A DNA stretch of 63,501 bases, counting the filler, from Phoronis australis (Eukaryota > Animalia > Phoronida): assembly GCA_002633005.1 (NCBI GenBank). It is 7 parts of 7 records of this genome, joined end to end, with 100 filler letters (N's around TTAATTAATTAA, not from the genome) between each part and the next. Parts side by side here need not be neighbours in the genome. Positions count along the whole stretch, not along the records: positions 48,769 to 51,132 come from NMRA01003714.1; positions 51,233 to 57,172 come from NMRA01002250.1; positions 57,273 to 61,073 come from NMRA01000146.1; positions 61,174 to 63,501 come from NMRA01003735.1; 3 more parts are not named here. One strand, written 5' to 3'. Below are positions 50,991 through 63,501 of the stretch, piece after piece. Each line of letters starts with the position of its first letter. The first letter of the stretch is position 1. Under the pieces are notes generated by a model that worked only from the letters and a program-made list of their open reading frames with translations, was not told the DNA's origin and made no database searches. The position numbers and the translations under genes are program-made.

Positions 50991-51232
50991 CGTCATTACC
51001 CGGGTTTAACAAGAGTGTTAATGGGTTTGAAGTAAGCTTTGACCTCATGGCGTACGTCTGAAGGTGTGACGTACATGTATGTATGGGATCCAGCTAGTTA
51101 TCCTAGTGTTGCCCTCTGTTGTTTAGTTTGTGNNNNNNNNNNNNNNNNNNNNNNNNNNNNNNNNNNNNNNNNNNNNTTAATTAATTAANNNNNNNNNNNN
51201 NNNNNNNNNNNNNNNNNNNNNNNNNNNNNNNN

Positions 51233-51630
51233 CCGCCACTCACCCTGCCCATTACAACCGTTTAAATGAGGAACAATCTAATACACGTTATTTTCTTGGG
51301 TCATTCTCCGCCTTTTTGTAACAATGAAAAGTATGTCGTCGTTTTGAAAACAGTACGCTCGTGGCACGCATACACGCCATTTCCCTAAGGTTTTACGACA
51401 TCTCTCGGGAGAAGATGACAGCAATACTTGTTCTGAAATTTGGTTTGCTGGTATTGAAATATTCAACACTTCTAATGAAGTGAAACCAATTGCGATAATT
51501 TGTTGTGAGAACCTCGTGAAAGTATGACAGTTGATTAAAGAATTGGCGAACAAAGAAACTGGCCAACAGGTGACGCAATATTTCATGGCGCCAAAACCCG
51601 ACTCAAAGATAGTGCCACAATTTTACAATG
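51233..51630 (+). mobile_element. Copy of the dispersed repeat also found at 2210-2620 and 560-800
   Basis: Shared TTTGTAACAATGAAAAGTATGTC.TCG.TTTGAAAACAGT and GGTGACGCAATATTTCATGGCGCC. Confidence 0.75.
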
Positions 51631-53349
51631 GTAAATAATGTAGTTTATTTATTCATTTATTTATTTATTTATTTATTTATTATTGTGATATTTAAAATGT
51701 GGGTGGCCTCTTCAGTGATAGCACTGCTTTCCAAGAGGGCCCTCAAGTGTATTCAAGGATGAGTGTAATTTTTAATGACACTAGCTTCGTGTCAGATTTT
51801 ATCTGGACGTCGGCGCGTAGCTGTATATCAGTACATTGTGCAGGCTTTGCGTTGCATGGAATTCATCGGCGTGGAAAGTTTCTTGGTAGGAATTCTACAT
51901 TTTCTAAAAACGATACTAACCTTAATAGATGGTGACATCAGTGCATGACACTATCATCTTAAAACGGCCGGGCGACTGAACTTCAAGCTGGGTGAGTAAA
52001 TTTTCTGGCTCGCTCACCCAGCTGGCGAGCGGGGTTTTGAAACCTGGGTATATCCCTGTAAATGCAGTGTACTTTTAGCTAGGGTCAACAAAGGTTATTA
52101 TGAATGTTGGCACACAACAGTACATTTGCTATGGTTTTAGTAACGTTGATGAATTAATTTATAAGTTCTTGGTTGTGGGCTATGTTGATGAAGCATCACC
52201 AGTAAACTAACCCTCAATGCACTGGTTGTGCGGGCTAATTGACCACTTGTGGATTTCCGGACTGAACAAGAGACGACCGTCCAAAGTGTTCAGCCGAGAG
52301 ACAATTGGCACTTAGCTAGTGGTTTGAATAGGCGTCATTGAACTCGCTCCCGGATGTCATGTGATACAACACTCATTCCCCTTCCTGACTGCGGATTTTA
52401 GCAACACCCTCGTGTCTTCAAATTGACCTATGGCAAGCTCCAACCCCTTGTGAAAAGTCACATGACTCCCGACAGCAAACGATAAGTTTCACCCGACTAC
52501 GTGTTGTTTGTCCAGTAAAATGGGTTATTGGAAACGAAGATGTGTTCTGATTAAGTCATCTCTCAGAATCCTTGTGATTGGTCAATTTTGCCGTAAGCAA
52601 CACTCGTGTCCTTGAATTTAAGCTCAGCAACACTCTCTTTGTGTCCTCGATCCACCACCATCGGGCTGTCACCCTCTCCATCCACTCGTGTTTGTTGTGC
52701 GCTAATGTTGAAAAATCCACCGACACCGAGACGGGGTTCCCGCCTGAGATTCGAGCATCCAAATTGTTCAGCTAATAGGCAAGCAGCTGAGAAAGGCTTT
52801 ATAGACTTTCATGCCAAGAAGAAGCATGATACAATTATAGTCTTGCAGGTGGTAAACCATTGTGAATACCAAGACACTTGAGCGGTTGCTCCTGCTGTGC
52901 AGTAACATATGTGTACCCTCGTGTCTAAGGAAGAGGATCAAAAACTCGCCTTGCTTCTAATCTTGGGTCTATAGACTCATGGCTGTATTTTTGTAAATTA
53001 AACCCTACTGGGCATAAGTGAGAATTATTAGTCTTCTTTGCACGCCTGCGTCTAAAAACACTAATAATTCTTACTTGTACCACACCAATATGTTGATTAC
53101 AAGCACAATTATCAGCTGTGCATAGTTTTCTCAATTCCATTCAGTTTAAATAACTAGCATTCGGAGCAATGACTTTTAATTGTATGGATTCTGATATCTG
53201 TTTAACTTGCGCTCTATATTAGTTTAAGATAATGTGTGGGGAGTGCATTTTAAAGCAGGACTTTCTTTTGAGTCCAACTAATGATTTTAGATCAGGTTTT
53301 CCTGTAAATGTTTGTCTGTAGTGTGGTTAATTAAGTTTGCTACCAATAG

Positions 53350-55895
53350 ATGGAGTACAAGAAACAGTTAGAGACTCTGGGTAATGACGAACAGTTCTCA
53401 TTATCACAAGCAGAGCAGACCAAGAAAACAGGAGCTGTGTTGGAGAACCAGTCAGACATTAAGGTTTGTGGTTTATGATCTTCAACCACCTGAGTGTGTT
53501 ATATTAGCAAGTTGAATTGATCGTTTATCACTTGGGTTGCACCCCAGTTGCCAAGTACATATCCATAGTAGTTATGAAAATTCCAGTGAAATACTGAAAG
53601 CAGAAGTCCTGGGTTTTATGCAAGAATTGACTTGTTAACGGTGATTCAGTCTTTTCAGAAAACATGCCACATTTCATTGACGTGCCAAATCTTGTCTTGA
53701 AATATTTAAACATGCTAGGGGGATGTACGATGCACTTTACAAATGACTCAGCTCCACGAACATATTGCCGACTCTCGTTTACGTTGTATTTCCATAACCG
53801 AAAGTTTTGGAGGTATCAATAAGTTAAAATATTTTATACCACAATATTAGCGTCAAATGTCAGATACAACCGTGTAATAACCCATAAAGTTATCTCACTA
53901 GTGAGATAACGATTTGGCGGGAAACCGAGGACAGAGTCGAACCCGGGACCCTGGAATTGCTGGTCGCCGACTTTAGCACTACACAATGCAGCGACTGACG
54001 TCATCAAGAGTGAAATAACACGCGCAATAATCGCATGTTCAACAAACCGCATTGTACTGTACTTATACGCTACGAAAAATAAGACACATAATTTCCATAA
54101 AAATGATATCTTAATTCTGACAGTGAAATTTTTCTCTCATGTCCTCTTACTTGTAAATTACTGATCTCCAGTTTGAATGCGGGTATCGTGTCGTCAGGAT
54201 CTTTGACTTCAGAATTATATTCAGTTACCAGTGGTAACCTACTTTAGCAGACGATAATTTCCCGGTCGAAGCTTAGCGTGGCAAAAACGTGTTTTAAGCT
54301 ATAATAGTTGGTAAACCTTAATTTATAAATTCAATTTATTTCTATTATATTTAAGTTTTCAATTGGTTTTGAGTAAAAGCATTATTTGACAAAAATAGCC
54401 CGGCTTTTCTTAAAAGGCCACGACTTCCGACCCGGGGCTTCTGACATAGAAAGTAGTTACAAAGCCGTGGAGAGTCAGAAAAGGTAAATCGATTCATTGC
54501 AATGTTTCTCGTTTAGTATGTGGTATAAATAGATTATTACATGTTCTCAGCCGTTATCCCCCTTATTTAGAGCCCTGGTGGATTTTGGAGAATTATCACC
54601 CTCGGGGCTAACGCCCCTCGGGCAATAATTCTCCAAAATCCACTCGGGCTCTAGATAACGGGGGATAACGACTTCGCCATGTAATAATCTATATGTATCA
54701 ATAAGGAAAATGGATATTGGGTAACATCCATAATTCTTAAAGGTGTGGAGCTCTATTAATAGGAATTACAATTAGCTGGTAGGTAAACACTGCGTTTGGT
54801 ATGTTTCAGGTGGAGAACTTCTCGATATCCGCACGTGGCAAGAATCTGTTCGTTAGTGCTTCCCTTCAGATCGTGGCTGGCCGAAGGTATGGCCTTGTAG
54901 GACCCAATGGGTAAGTTAGGTGGCAGCAATTAGACATTTATATCCTAAGCCAACACTAACACGTTGTCTTACTTAAATCCAATTCGATTATCTCCGCTTG
55001 TTTCCAGATGCAGAATTTTCAGACAAAAAAGCATAACATTATCTTGTAATATTGGACGTCAAATGCAATGTCAAGTGACCATTTCTGCTTTTCATAATTT
55101 CTTCATCTTCCCTTTCTCGTAAATCGTTGCTTTGGCAACCTGTTTTTGTGCGTACTCATTAAGTGTTGCAGATTTACATGACATGTTGTTTGGGAGCTCT
55201 AGGTGAGCCCAGCAGCGGATTTATGGGGGGGCATGGCCCCCTAAAATTCTCCCAGATTCCATTTGGCAGTGCTGGGTGCGAATTGCTGACTAGCATATGC
55301 GCGCACCCAGGGCGGTTCGGGGAGCGAATGCACAATGCATAGGCCTTGAACAAACCCCGTTTTTTTAGTAATAAGGTCCACAAGACCTGAAAATTCAAGA
55401 CCCCCTACATCCTTACATTTTAGGCTGGGCATGCGCATGAGGCGAAATTCTGGTTATTCCTGCACCCTGGCGCCCCCCCCNNNNNNNNNNNNNNNNNNNN
55501 NNNNNNNNNNNNCCCCCCACTCAAAATCCTGTATCCGCCCCTGTAGCCAACTTGAGGACGAAATATTCTCGTCACCTGATGACTGCAGTAATAGAATATT
55601 GTGCAAAGTAGGCATGAAGCATTCCTACAAATCCTGTTTCAACAAAGCCATTTCATTTAAATCAATTAAAATTTGTGTTTCAAGAACAGATTGCTGGAAG
55701 ACTTTACGGATGCTGGAACAGAGATATGTTATAGGTGTCACTTATTCTTTGTTAAATAAATGAGAAATGCCTTGTATTGGTCAGTTCCAAGGGTGTGTTT
55801 GTGTTGTAGACATGGTAAGACGACGTTGCTGAAGCATATTGCTTCAAGAGCCTTGGCCATTCCACCTAACATAGACATCCTGTACTGCGAGCAAG
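53350..55895 (+). CDS. ABCF1: ATP-binding cassette sub-family F member 1 (ABC50), three internal exons
   Basis: Exons 53350-53463 (MEYKKQL...FSLSQAE...LENQSDIK), 54810-54910 ([14 protein letters not shown]...[11 protein letters not shown]) and 55810-55895 ([28 protein letters not shown]). The Walker A motif is split by an intron, and phases are consistent. Confidence 0.93.
53921..53996 (-). mobile_element. tRNA-derived SINE head
   Basis: The minus strand reads TTGTGTAGTGCTAAAG...CCCGGGTTCGACTC (A/B-box-like). No full cloverleaf. Confidence 0.5.
54529..54692. mobile_element. Hairpin MITE in an ABCF1 intron
   Basis: A near-perfect 164-bp palindrome, ATAGATTATTACATG...CATGTAATAATCTAT, with inner GTGGATTTTGGAGAATTAT / ATAATTCTCCAAAATCCAC. 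Confidence 0.8.
55210..55542. mobile_element. Probable small TIR element (CAG..GCGGAT / ATCCGCCCCTG ends)
   Basis: Imperfect terminal inverted repeats and C/G runs. Contains a 32-N gap. Confidence 0.4.
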
Positions 55896-56139
55896 GTAAG
55901 ACAAATGGTGTGGCCAGTCAGTCATTGAAAAGGGTGGAGTCGTGTAAGCAGTTGCCTGTCCATCATTGAAAAAGGGGTGGAGTGATGTAAAGGATGACTG
56001 TGAAAATGAGTGCAAGGAATTACTGTGCTCTTGAGATGGATATCATTCAGACGGGAGTTAGGAATGACACTGTCCGTGTCTAATCCACATATTACAAGTG
56101 TTACAGCCTGTAAAAATTGAGTGGTCTAGACTTGACTAT

Positions 56140-57172
56140 TACCGTATTCGCCGTAATAACCGCCCAAGCCCCTATAAGCGCCCCCACGCGTTTTCAGACT
56201 TTGCTGAAATAAGCGCCCAGTCCATGAACGTGTACATGCGAACAATTACGTACCTACAGTCCTAAAACTCGGCTACAGTAACGTCTTCAATTTATCAATA
56301 AATTTTTGCACGGGTCTTCTAGACCACCAGCGGCACTGCTGCGTTTGTATTTAGCCGTGACTTTACACTTCAAAGTAACGCAGCGCTTCAAAAAGAACGC
56401 AACAGCGTTGCTACGCTCTCGCGACGACCGTGTCCCACTATGGTCTGACCTTTCAGTAGACACATCGACTGTCTCATGAATAAAAATAACTCGGTGTTAA
56501 ACGCACGTGGCCAGGAAGCGCGTGCTACATACATGAACCTGTCATCAAAGACATTAGTCGGGAACTTTCCATTCATGAAACGGGTAGCATCGATAAGAAA
56601 CGAATATTGGCACTAATTTTCGACAATTTCTAATACCATAAAACGTGTTTGCGTTATTTTTGAGATGGTTTGTTTGATTTACCATAATTGGTGTTTTTAA
56701 GCCGAATCCGAAAAAAATGACAACTGACAGTGAATGCTTACACACCCTTACACCGAAAAATAATTGTCAGATAGTTACGTACGCATCCAGCTACACGGCG
56801 ACTAATATCGGCCTTGCCGAGACAAATGTCAAAAGTTTTTAGCACGAGACCGGCAAGTGCTGAATGAAACACGCTCTGGTTTAGGCCTACTGCAAATTTC
56901 TTTAGACACATCTAGCTAGTTAGATTGTGTGGCTCTGGCCAAAAGACTGTCTCTGCTTTGGCAAATGAACTCTGGTGACACGCACGCGCTCGCTTACTCG
57001 CAGACGAACTTCAAAACAAACGTCACGTGACAGCAACATGTGTGTTCGTCCAGACATTTTTCTCGCCGTGTTGCCGATCATACATGTAGAAGGCATGATG
57101 TTGCACAGATTTGTACTTAAACCTGCCGTTAATCCAGACTCCACGGGAACTTAAAAAATCTTAGAGATGCTA
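56140..57172. mobile_element. Probable pogo/Tigger-like element, left end, truncated by the gap
   Basis: Begins TA-CCGTATTCGCCG with repeated TAAGCGCCC motifs, resembling the 11384 MITE terminus. Confidence 0.4.
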
Positions 57173-57272
57173 NNNNNNNNNNNNNNNNNNNNNNNNNNNN
57201 NNNNNNNNNNNNNNNNTTAATTAATTAANNNNNNNNNNNNNNNNNNNNNNNNNNNNNNNNNNNNNNNNNNNN

Positions 57273-58080
57273 TTTCTCATGGTTGCCCAAGCATTCAGTT
57301 CCGACTTCTACACTCGCACCTTGCTTGTCGAACATATAAAATGCGTATCGATGGCGTTCACTCACTCTCGTCTTCGGTCGGCTATGGCTATGTTGGAGTA
57401 CCTCAGGATAGCGTAATCGGTCCTGTCCTCTTTTTACTAAACAATGATGATATTCGTACTACATACACCCTAAGACCTTCTTACAGGCTGACGACAGAGC
57501 GTTTTTCTGTCCATTCCTAAAACATTATCCTCAGCACTCCCTTCAATTACAATCTGAATTGGACAAAAACAAGGATGGTCTCATCAATTAAAGATGAAAT
57601 TTTAACCTGAAAAAGTTGATTTCACATTTTTACAAATCTATCAATACAGGATACCACACAAGTTCAATCTTTAATATGTCTGTAAACGGAGACAATATCC
57701 CCACAAACACACAAATTAAGACCTTGGTGACTGGACAAAAGGCTCAAATTCACACCCCACTGTCGTGAAATTGTGTAAAAGGTACAAAAGCTAATTAATT
57801 CAATCAAAATTGTCTTTGTTATCTTATCTCCGACAACTTGGAATTTTTTCGGGACGTTTGTGCAACTAATCTTCACAAATGTGAAATCATAAGCCAGTCA
57901 TCGAGCGCATGTTTGCTTCTCCAATTAGACAGGTTTAGTGATAGACCGGAACATACAAAGGATCCAACCCCATTAATATCCCGAGTAGTCTCAACTGCGC
58001 CAAATTAGAAACAAGTCGTTAACTTCAGACCTTCACTAAAATCTTTAAAATTTTACACAGCATCAAAAACTATTCAAACA
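57273..58080 (+). mobile_element. Degenerate non-LTR reverse transcriptase fragment (CR1/L2/Jockey-like)
   Basis: GVPQDSVIGPVLFLL.NDD...ADD matches the RT motifs GVPQGSVLGP and (Y/F)ADD, with many frameshifts. Confidence 0.75.
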
Positions 58081-59988
58081 AAATCCTACTTGACTCTCAG
58101 AAGTGGCAATGCTCTTGACCTTGGACTTCGACATGGTATCTCATTTTCTATTCCACATTCCTCGGCCAGGCCTTTCGAAGATCCACAATAATAACTTTAA
58201 TTGTCAATTTTAATTCATATTGAAACCATAAATGAATTTTAATTTAACAATATACAAAGCAATACAACTAAAATTAAAGTAACCAACGGGGTATGCAAAT
58301 GAAAGACTTCTATACCTGAATTTTACGAAGACCGATTTATCAGTTCTGTAAAATTTATTACATATAGGCATGGGCTGTGCACTTTTGAAATAAGTGAGAA
58401 ACTATAGCCCCCTAGTCCCCTATGGTGCGCTGCCATGCCTGAAGATTTGTTTTCAAAAGGGGAAAATACTTTGAACGTCTTTAAGGACAGTTCCTAACCT
58501 GACATTCAATATTTACAATAAAGAAACAAAATAGACGACAATGAAGCATGAATCTTGTTAAAATGCCCAACGTTAAATGGTCGTCGACCACTCTGTTTAA
58601 CCACGTTTCGGCATTTAAGAAAGTCACTCAGCGACGTAATAAGATTATGAAATATGTAAAAGGGCAAAATACCTCTATTGAAACTTGCCTTGGGTCGAAG
58701 GGGTCGTGGGTCGAGAGGATTTGTGGGTTGAGGGGTTTGGTTGTCGAGTGGGTCAAGGGTATTTGAGAACAATCCATAAATTACCAGAATAGTGTATATC
58801 GTTCACCTGGCTCTACCGAAATCTATGGCGAGCTGCAGTTTAATCCTGCCCGTGTATACAGTGGACAAATTTTAAAAATTTCGAGACAACAATAGGTGAT
58901 ATCGGTAGACGAAAACCACTTAGTTGACAATGAAATACTGTACTTGCAAACATAGAATTACCAGAAATGAGTGCTAAAGTAACCGTATCTGACCAGAAAT
59001 CTATGACAAAGGTGTCACTGTCAATAGGATCAAATCTGTGACATTCCTTAGAGATATTAAATTAACCCTGTTGAACGTTCTCCATTCAAAGAAAATTGAG
59101 TTTGGCACCAAGTGTCTACATAAGTTGGGATTATACGAAGAAAATACCAAATCTTTTCTGTCGTCAATATGCACGTATCATGAACATGGCTGATATTAGG
59201 GCATTTTCCAAAGTAGTTTCCCCCACTTAGTTATGTCCTCGGGCTTGTAGTGATGAGCGTAACATACAGAACCAAAATATTGTAACAGGCACTAGAGTCA
59301 GTAGCACATATCTTATCTTAATAAAATGGAGCACGTGTCGGCATCGCGTTGTTGCACGACGATCGTTGAAATCTGACAGCCTCCAAGCAGAAAGTTGACA
59401 GATATTTAGGCAAATGTAAGAAATACGAAAAGTAACGCTAGGGTAGTCTACGGTGCATATATTGGACTGTGGGAACACATCTTTTGATTTTCGCTATTAT
59501 TCACTAAGGGAACTATTGAACCAAAATCAACAATTGACCTAATGCCAGGAGTTTGCGTGAAGGCTTAACTGGCCAACCACAACGCAGGATTCTTGACACA
59601 CCTTGGTTTTTATGTCGCCACTTTACCAGACAAAAACACGATGCCGGGTATATTTTGTTCGTCGAAATTTCGCATGGATGCCGAGCTTGCGAATGGTCTG
59701 TTGAATAAAGTCTTCCGGTAAGGTGGCGGAGAGAATGGACGCCTGTGCTTAGAGCTCCAAAGTAAGCCCCCATTAATTCATTTAATGATTCATTACCTGC
59801 GGGCAAGACAGTGTTAACCTCGTGCTGACCCGTTAAGCTTAATGAACCTGAATGTTGTAGTAAAGGTTTTTGTTATTCACACACTGCAGTGTTTCGCGGA
59901 GAAGTTCAAAAAGTTCTAATCGTTTGCTGGAAAAATACCACACGAATGGAACAGCATGGAATATGTTTGTAATGGCATATCTAGGTTC

Positions 59989-60104
59989 GTCATTATATTC
60001 CGTGTATGTACCGTGTCATCTTGAATAAATATATACTGCACACGGTAAAAGTAGTGGTTTGTCATTATATTCCTTGTAAATTCCGTGTCATCTTGAATAG
60101 ATAT
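59989..60104. repeat. Two-copy ~72-bp tandem repeat
   Basis: GTCATTATATTCC.TGTA...CCGTGTCATCTTGAATA.ATATAC occurs at 59989 and 60061. Confidence 0.7.
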
Positions 60105-62677
60105 ACAATGTACATGTATCACAATAAAAAGTAATGGAATAGTGTACAATTGGAGAAAATCGTCCCTGAAATAAGAATGAATTCTTGTAGCAAGTGTCTC
60201 AATACCAGGGATAATTTTGGACTACGCCTTTGCGCCAGTAGCGAATGGAAAAATAAAAAGGGTACAATTACGCTGCAGTAGTGCGCCCCCGGGGACATCT
60301 TTTAAAATGCATGAATTTCCCAAAAGCACAATTCTATGCAACATAGTGGTGTAAAGTAAAGGTATGACTGTTTTTATTTCGATTGTTTCCGTTTCAAATG
60401 TTACTACTTTAGTTACACTAAGGTTGCTGGACACAAGTTTCTCAAAAAGGCACATCTTTTATCACCGGCTGCAACCAGAGGGCACACGGGTTCAAACTTG
60501 GACAATCCCTGCAATAGTGTCTTGAGCAATAGAGCGCGGCTCTGTGAAAAGAAGTGAAGGAACTGCGTATTAAATGCCACAAGTGGATTATCTAACACAC
60601 CTGGAGGCCAAAAACCTCTGCTGCAGAACTAAACTTTTTCCTAAGTTGATGTTCAGTCACTGCAGCACTGGGACGTAGGCGCAGGAAGACGCAGCCAACC
60701 ACCTTTTGACATTTGAGCGTGGTGCCTACTCACCGTGAGTTACGTTCAGTGCTCAAGGTGATACGATGGGATTTGGGCGCCTACTTACCTTTATATTTAC
60801 CAGCACAGCACTGTGTTTTAACCTACCTCTACAGCACTAACAAAACTAGATAAAATTTAGAACTATTTCAAATGCATTCATTCATCAAAACGCTACTTCC
60901 AAACCAAAAGTATTGCTAGCATTCACCAGATCCGTCTTCCAGCAAACTGGTGCTGTTTAATCTTTCATAGATGCATATCTGCATTTAAAAACCCGTTGTG
61001 TCTATAGCCATGAGCATGTAGCAACACTCACTCGTTGTAGCTGTCCTCGGTGTTGAAACTGCGTCAGCCCATCNNNNNNNNNNNNNNNNNNNNNNNNNNN
61101 NNNNNNNNNNNNNNNNNTTAATTAATTAANNNNNNNNNNNNNNNNNNNNNNNNNNNNNNNNNNNNNNNNNNNNCAAAAAGTTGCATGAATTCACGTTATG
61201 CCAACAGTAAAACCAATTATGATAGAATTAAAAGTCACCCCGACATTTGCAAATCTGAACGTATTCCCGGCAGATACAGTGTTGGAAATATAACGCGACA
61301 ATAAAACGGTAGCTGCGGTGAATACCGGTAAGTAAAATTTGAATTGCGAGAGGAGTTTAAAGTTTAGCATTTTAGTGAGCCTGCGCAAACATTCGAAGGT
61401 CATTTTGGTTGATTTTATCGCAGCTAGTAGTTGAAGCAAAATTTTGATTGCATCTGTCGGACTGACGGCCTGGCGGGTGCTTCCTTTTTTCTGTACAATG
61501 CACCACCGTGACAATGAGACTGGGTAAACAATAGTGATGAAAAAGATATAATTTTGTCACCCATAATACTGTACTATCACTTGGAACTGTTATAGTAGGA
61601 ATTCATACACAACCTTTCGCAATGAGCTTGGCATGTTCCAAAGTAAAATATTTACCTTTCTCGTTTTGCTATTCTCATACATACGCTAATTTACCGAATG
61701 CCCTAGGTAATTCACGTACGTACTCGACTAAAATATGACGATGCTTTTTATATTATTGATTTTGGGGTATTTCATTTAACACTCAGTCCGAGAAGTTAAT
61801 TTAGTCGACGTTATTCTCAGTAAGAGTTGAGTTGATCAACAGAATTTAGTCGGAGACCACACTTTACTGCTTACTCCTCAGTGTTTGTCTCTTTCTGCGA
61901 TCAAGTGACATCACTGAGGTGGATTTTTATCCGGCGCCGGGGAGAGTCATGCATTTCTCCTTAGCCTGTTCTCCTTCTGCTGAGATAGTGAATCGGTTTT
62001 TAGTTCACTCACGTCTAGAGCCGCTCCAACTTGAAAAAATGTGAAAGATTCCCTTTAGGCCTACTGTCGGGGAGACAATGAACTATAGGCCTACAGTATA
62101 AGCGCCCGAGAAGCGCCGACGCGAGCAGAAATGCCGGGTCAAACAAGGCGCCCATGCCATGGAGTGGGTGCGAGGTCGGGACAGGTGGAGCTTCTGTCCC
62201 ACGGGCAGAGTTGTGTGGCAGCTAAAGTTTCACCACTGTACGAGTTGGGTCGAGTTTGCCTCGCGCGGCCCGGCAACTGGGCCGCGTGGCCTCTTTCTTT
62301 TCGAGATTATAATTCTGAGACTATAGCTATACATCTTCAAGAAAATACGAAAAGATTCGTTTCAAAATTTACACATTCACCGATGCTGTAGGCATTACCA
62401 CTGTTGAGATGGGCTGGGTTCTTTATTAGAAAATTACGGTAAGTTGAAGCACAACAAAGCCAAGCAAAATACGAAATGTTCAACAGAGGTCTCTGTAGCA
62501 CTGTGAACATTTCCGGTGTAAGCCTTGTGTCGTTGTGAGTTTCATCTGATTTCTGGTCGCCCCATTAAGTTGCCGGTAAGTTGGCTGTCTGTTCTTCAAC
62601 ATGACTTATCTCATAATGAAACTTTTTCCAGTACTGTGGTCTGCCTTCGTCAAGTAGAGTGATTAGCTCGTCAATCG

Positions 62678-62755
62678 ATCCCGGACCGGGAATCAAACCT
62701 GCATCAACACCTGACCCTCAGTGCCTCACTCTCAGCCACTACACTAGTACTGGAG
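62678..62755 (-). mobile_element. Degenerate tRNA-derived SINE head
   Basis: The minus strand reads TAGTGTAGTGGCTGAGAG...GCAGGTTTGATTCCCGG (A/B-box-like). Confidence 0.45.
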
Positions 62756-63501
62756 ACTGGACACTCTTGCCTTTACAGCCGGTTGGCTTGATACGATACT
62801 AGAATGATGTTATAGTATATATTGTCAAGCGGTTGATTGAAGGTGCCTGTGATTGTACTCAAATTACATTGCCAAGGTTCACTATAGTCAAGCGACTGAA
62901 TTATCCGACGTTTTGGCACATTTTGCATTATAAATGTAATTGGAAATACTACGGATTTTTTAAATTCTTTTCTGAAATATAGACTTACCTTTAGGGAATA
63001 GTTCTACATGATACACGCATGTGCACCACCAGGATTTGACTTGAGTTTAAAAACAAGTGAAAAAATGAAGCAGTGACATATTGTCAATTCATTAAGGTTA
63101 CTTCATTGTGGAAAAAGGTTTTGTTTTCAACTTTTATAACTGATTTATGCGATCGTTCATTTAAGGCCGATTTGGGGGTCTAAATTGCACCCTCTCTTGG
63201 TGAAATGAAAATGAGGCAACGCTATAAAAAATGAGACAATGCCGGATATTGAATGCATTACAGCGAAACAAAAATTGGTGTCATTTGCTTCTCAGATTAC
63301 GCTTCAAGTAAGATTTTATGTAATGTCCGATATTTAGGGTCCTACCAATAATTAGGTACACTATGTGCGGTTACGTATCACAGACTAACAGTGTGCTACC
63401 AAATCTAGTTAATTCCTGATGGTTCCCTCTTTAAAGGCGAAGGCAACCTTTTTCCATGTCATTTTGAGCTAAAATAAGGTTGGTTGGTTATCCTAGACAT
63501 A

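Noticed and set aside
61030-61073. Possible minus-strand exon fragment ending in GTGAGT next to the gap
   Set aside because: Too short, and no frame gives a recognisable peptide.

Overview
This is AT-rich, intron-containing animal (probably invertebrate) genomic DNA. It consists of seven pieces joined by six artificial 100-bp linkers (N44-TTAATTAATTAA-N44), so adjacency across a linker is unproven. Manual splicing on both strands gives five things. (1) A complete 6-exon ALKBH1 gene (+, 3311-8707, 352 aa). (2) The last coding exon of glyoxalase I, GLO1 (-, 10874-10965). (3) Two intact, tandemly duplicated, strongly divergent 6-exon actin genes (+, 14024-18802 and 23344-27422), each 377 aa and about 82% identical to each other by hand count. 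(4) Eleven exons of the nucleoporin NDC1/TMEM48 (-, 28090-41211); its C-terminal exons were not found in the remaining 17 kb of the contig, so both actins appear to be nested antisense in an NDC1 intron. (5) Three internal exons of ABCF1 (+, 53350-55895). The rest is repeats: tRNA-derived SINEs, MITE/foldback elements, Tx1/L1, CR1/L2-like and Penelope fragments, and minisatellites. The most interesting candidate system is the nested actin pair. It has substitutions at catalytic, D-loop and toxin-pocket residues, a rare shared indel, and conserved upstream RORE-palindrome and CArG motifs. Gene identifications rest on recalled family motifs, not database searches.
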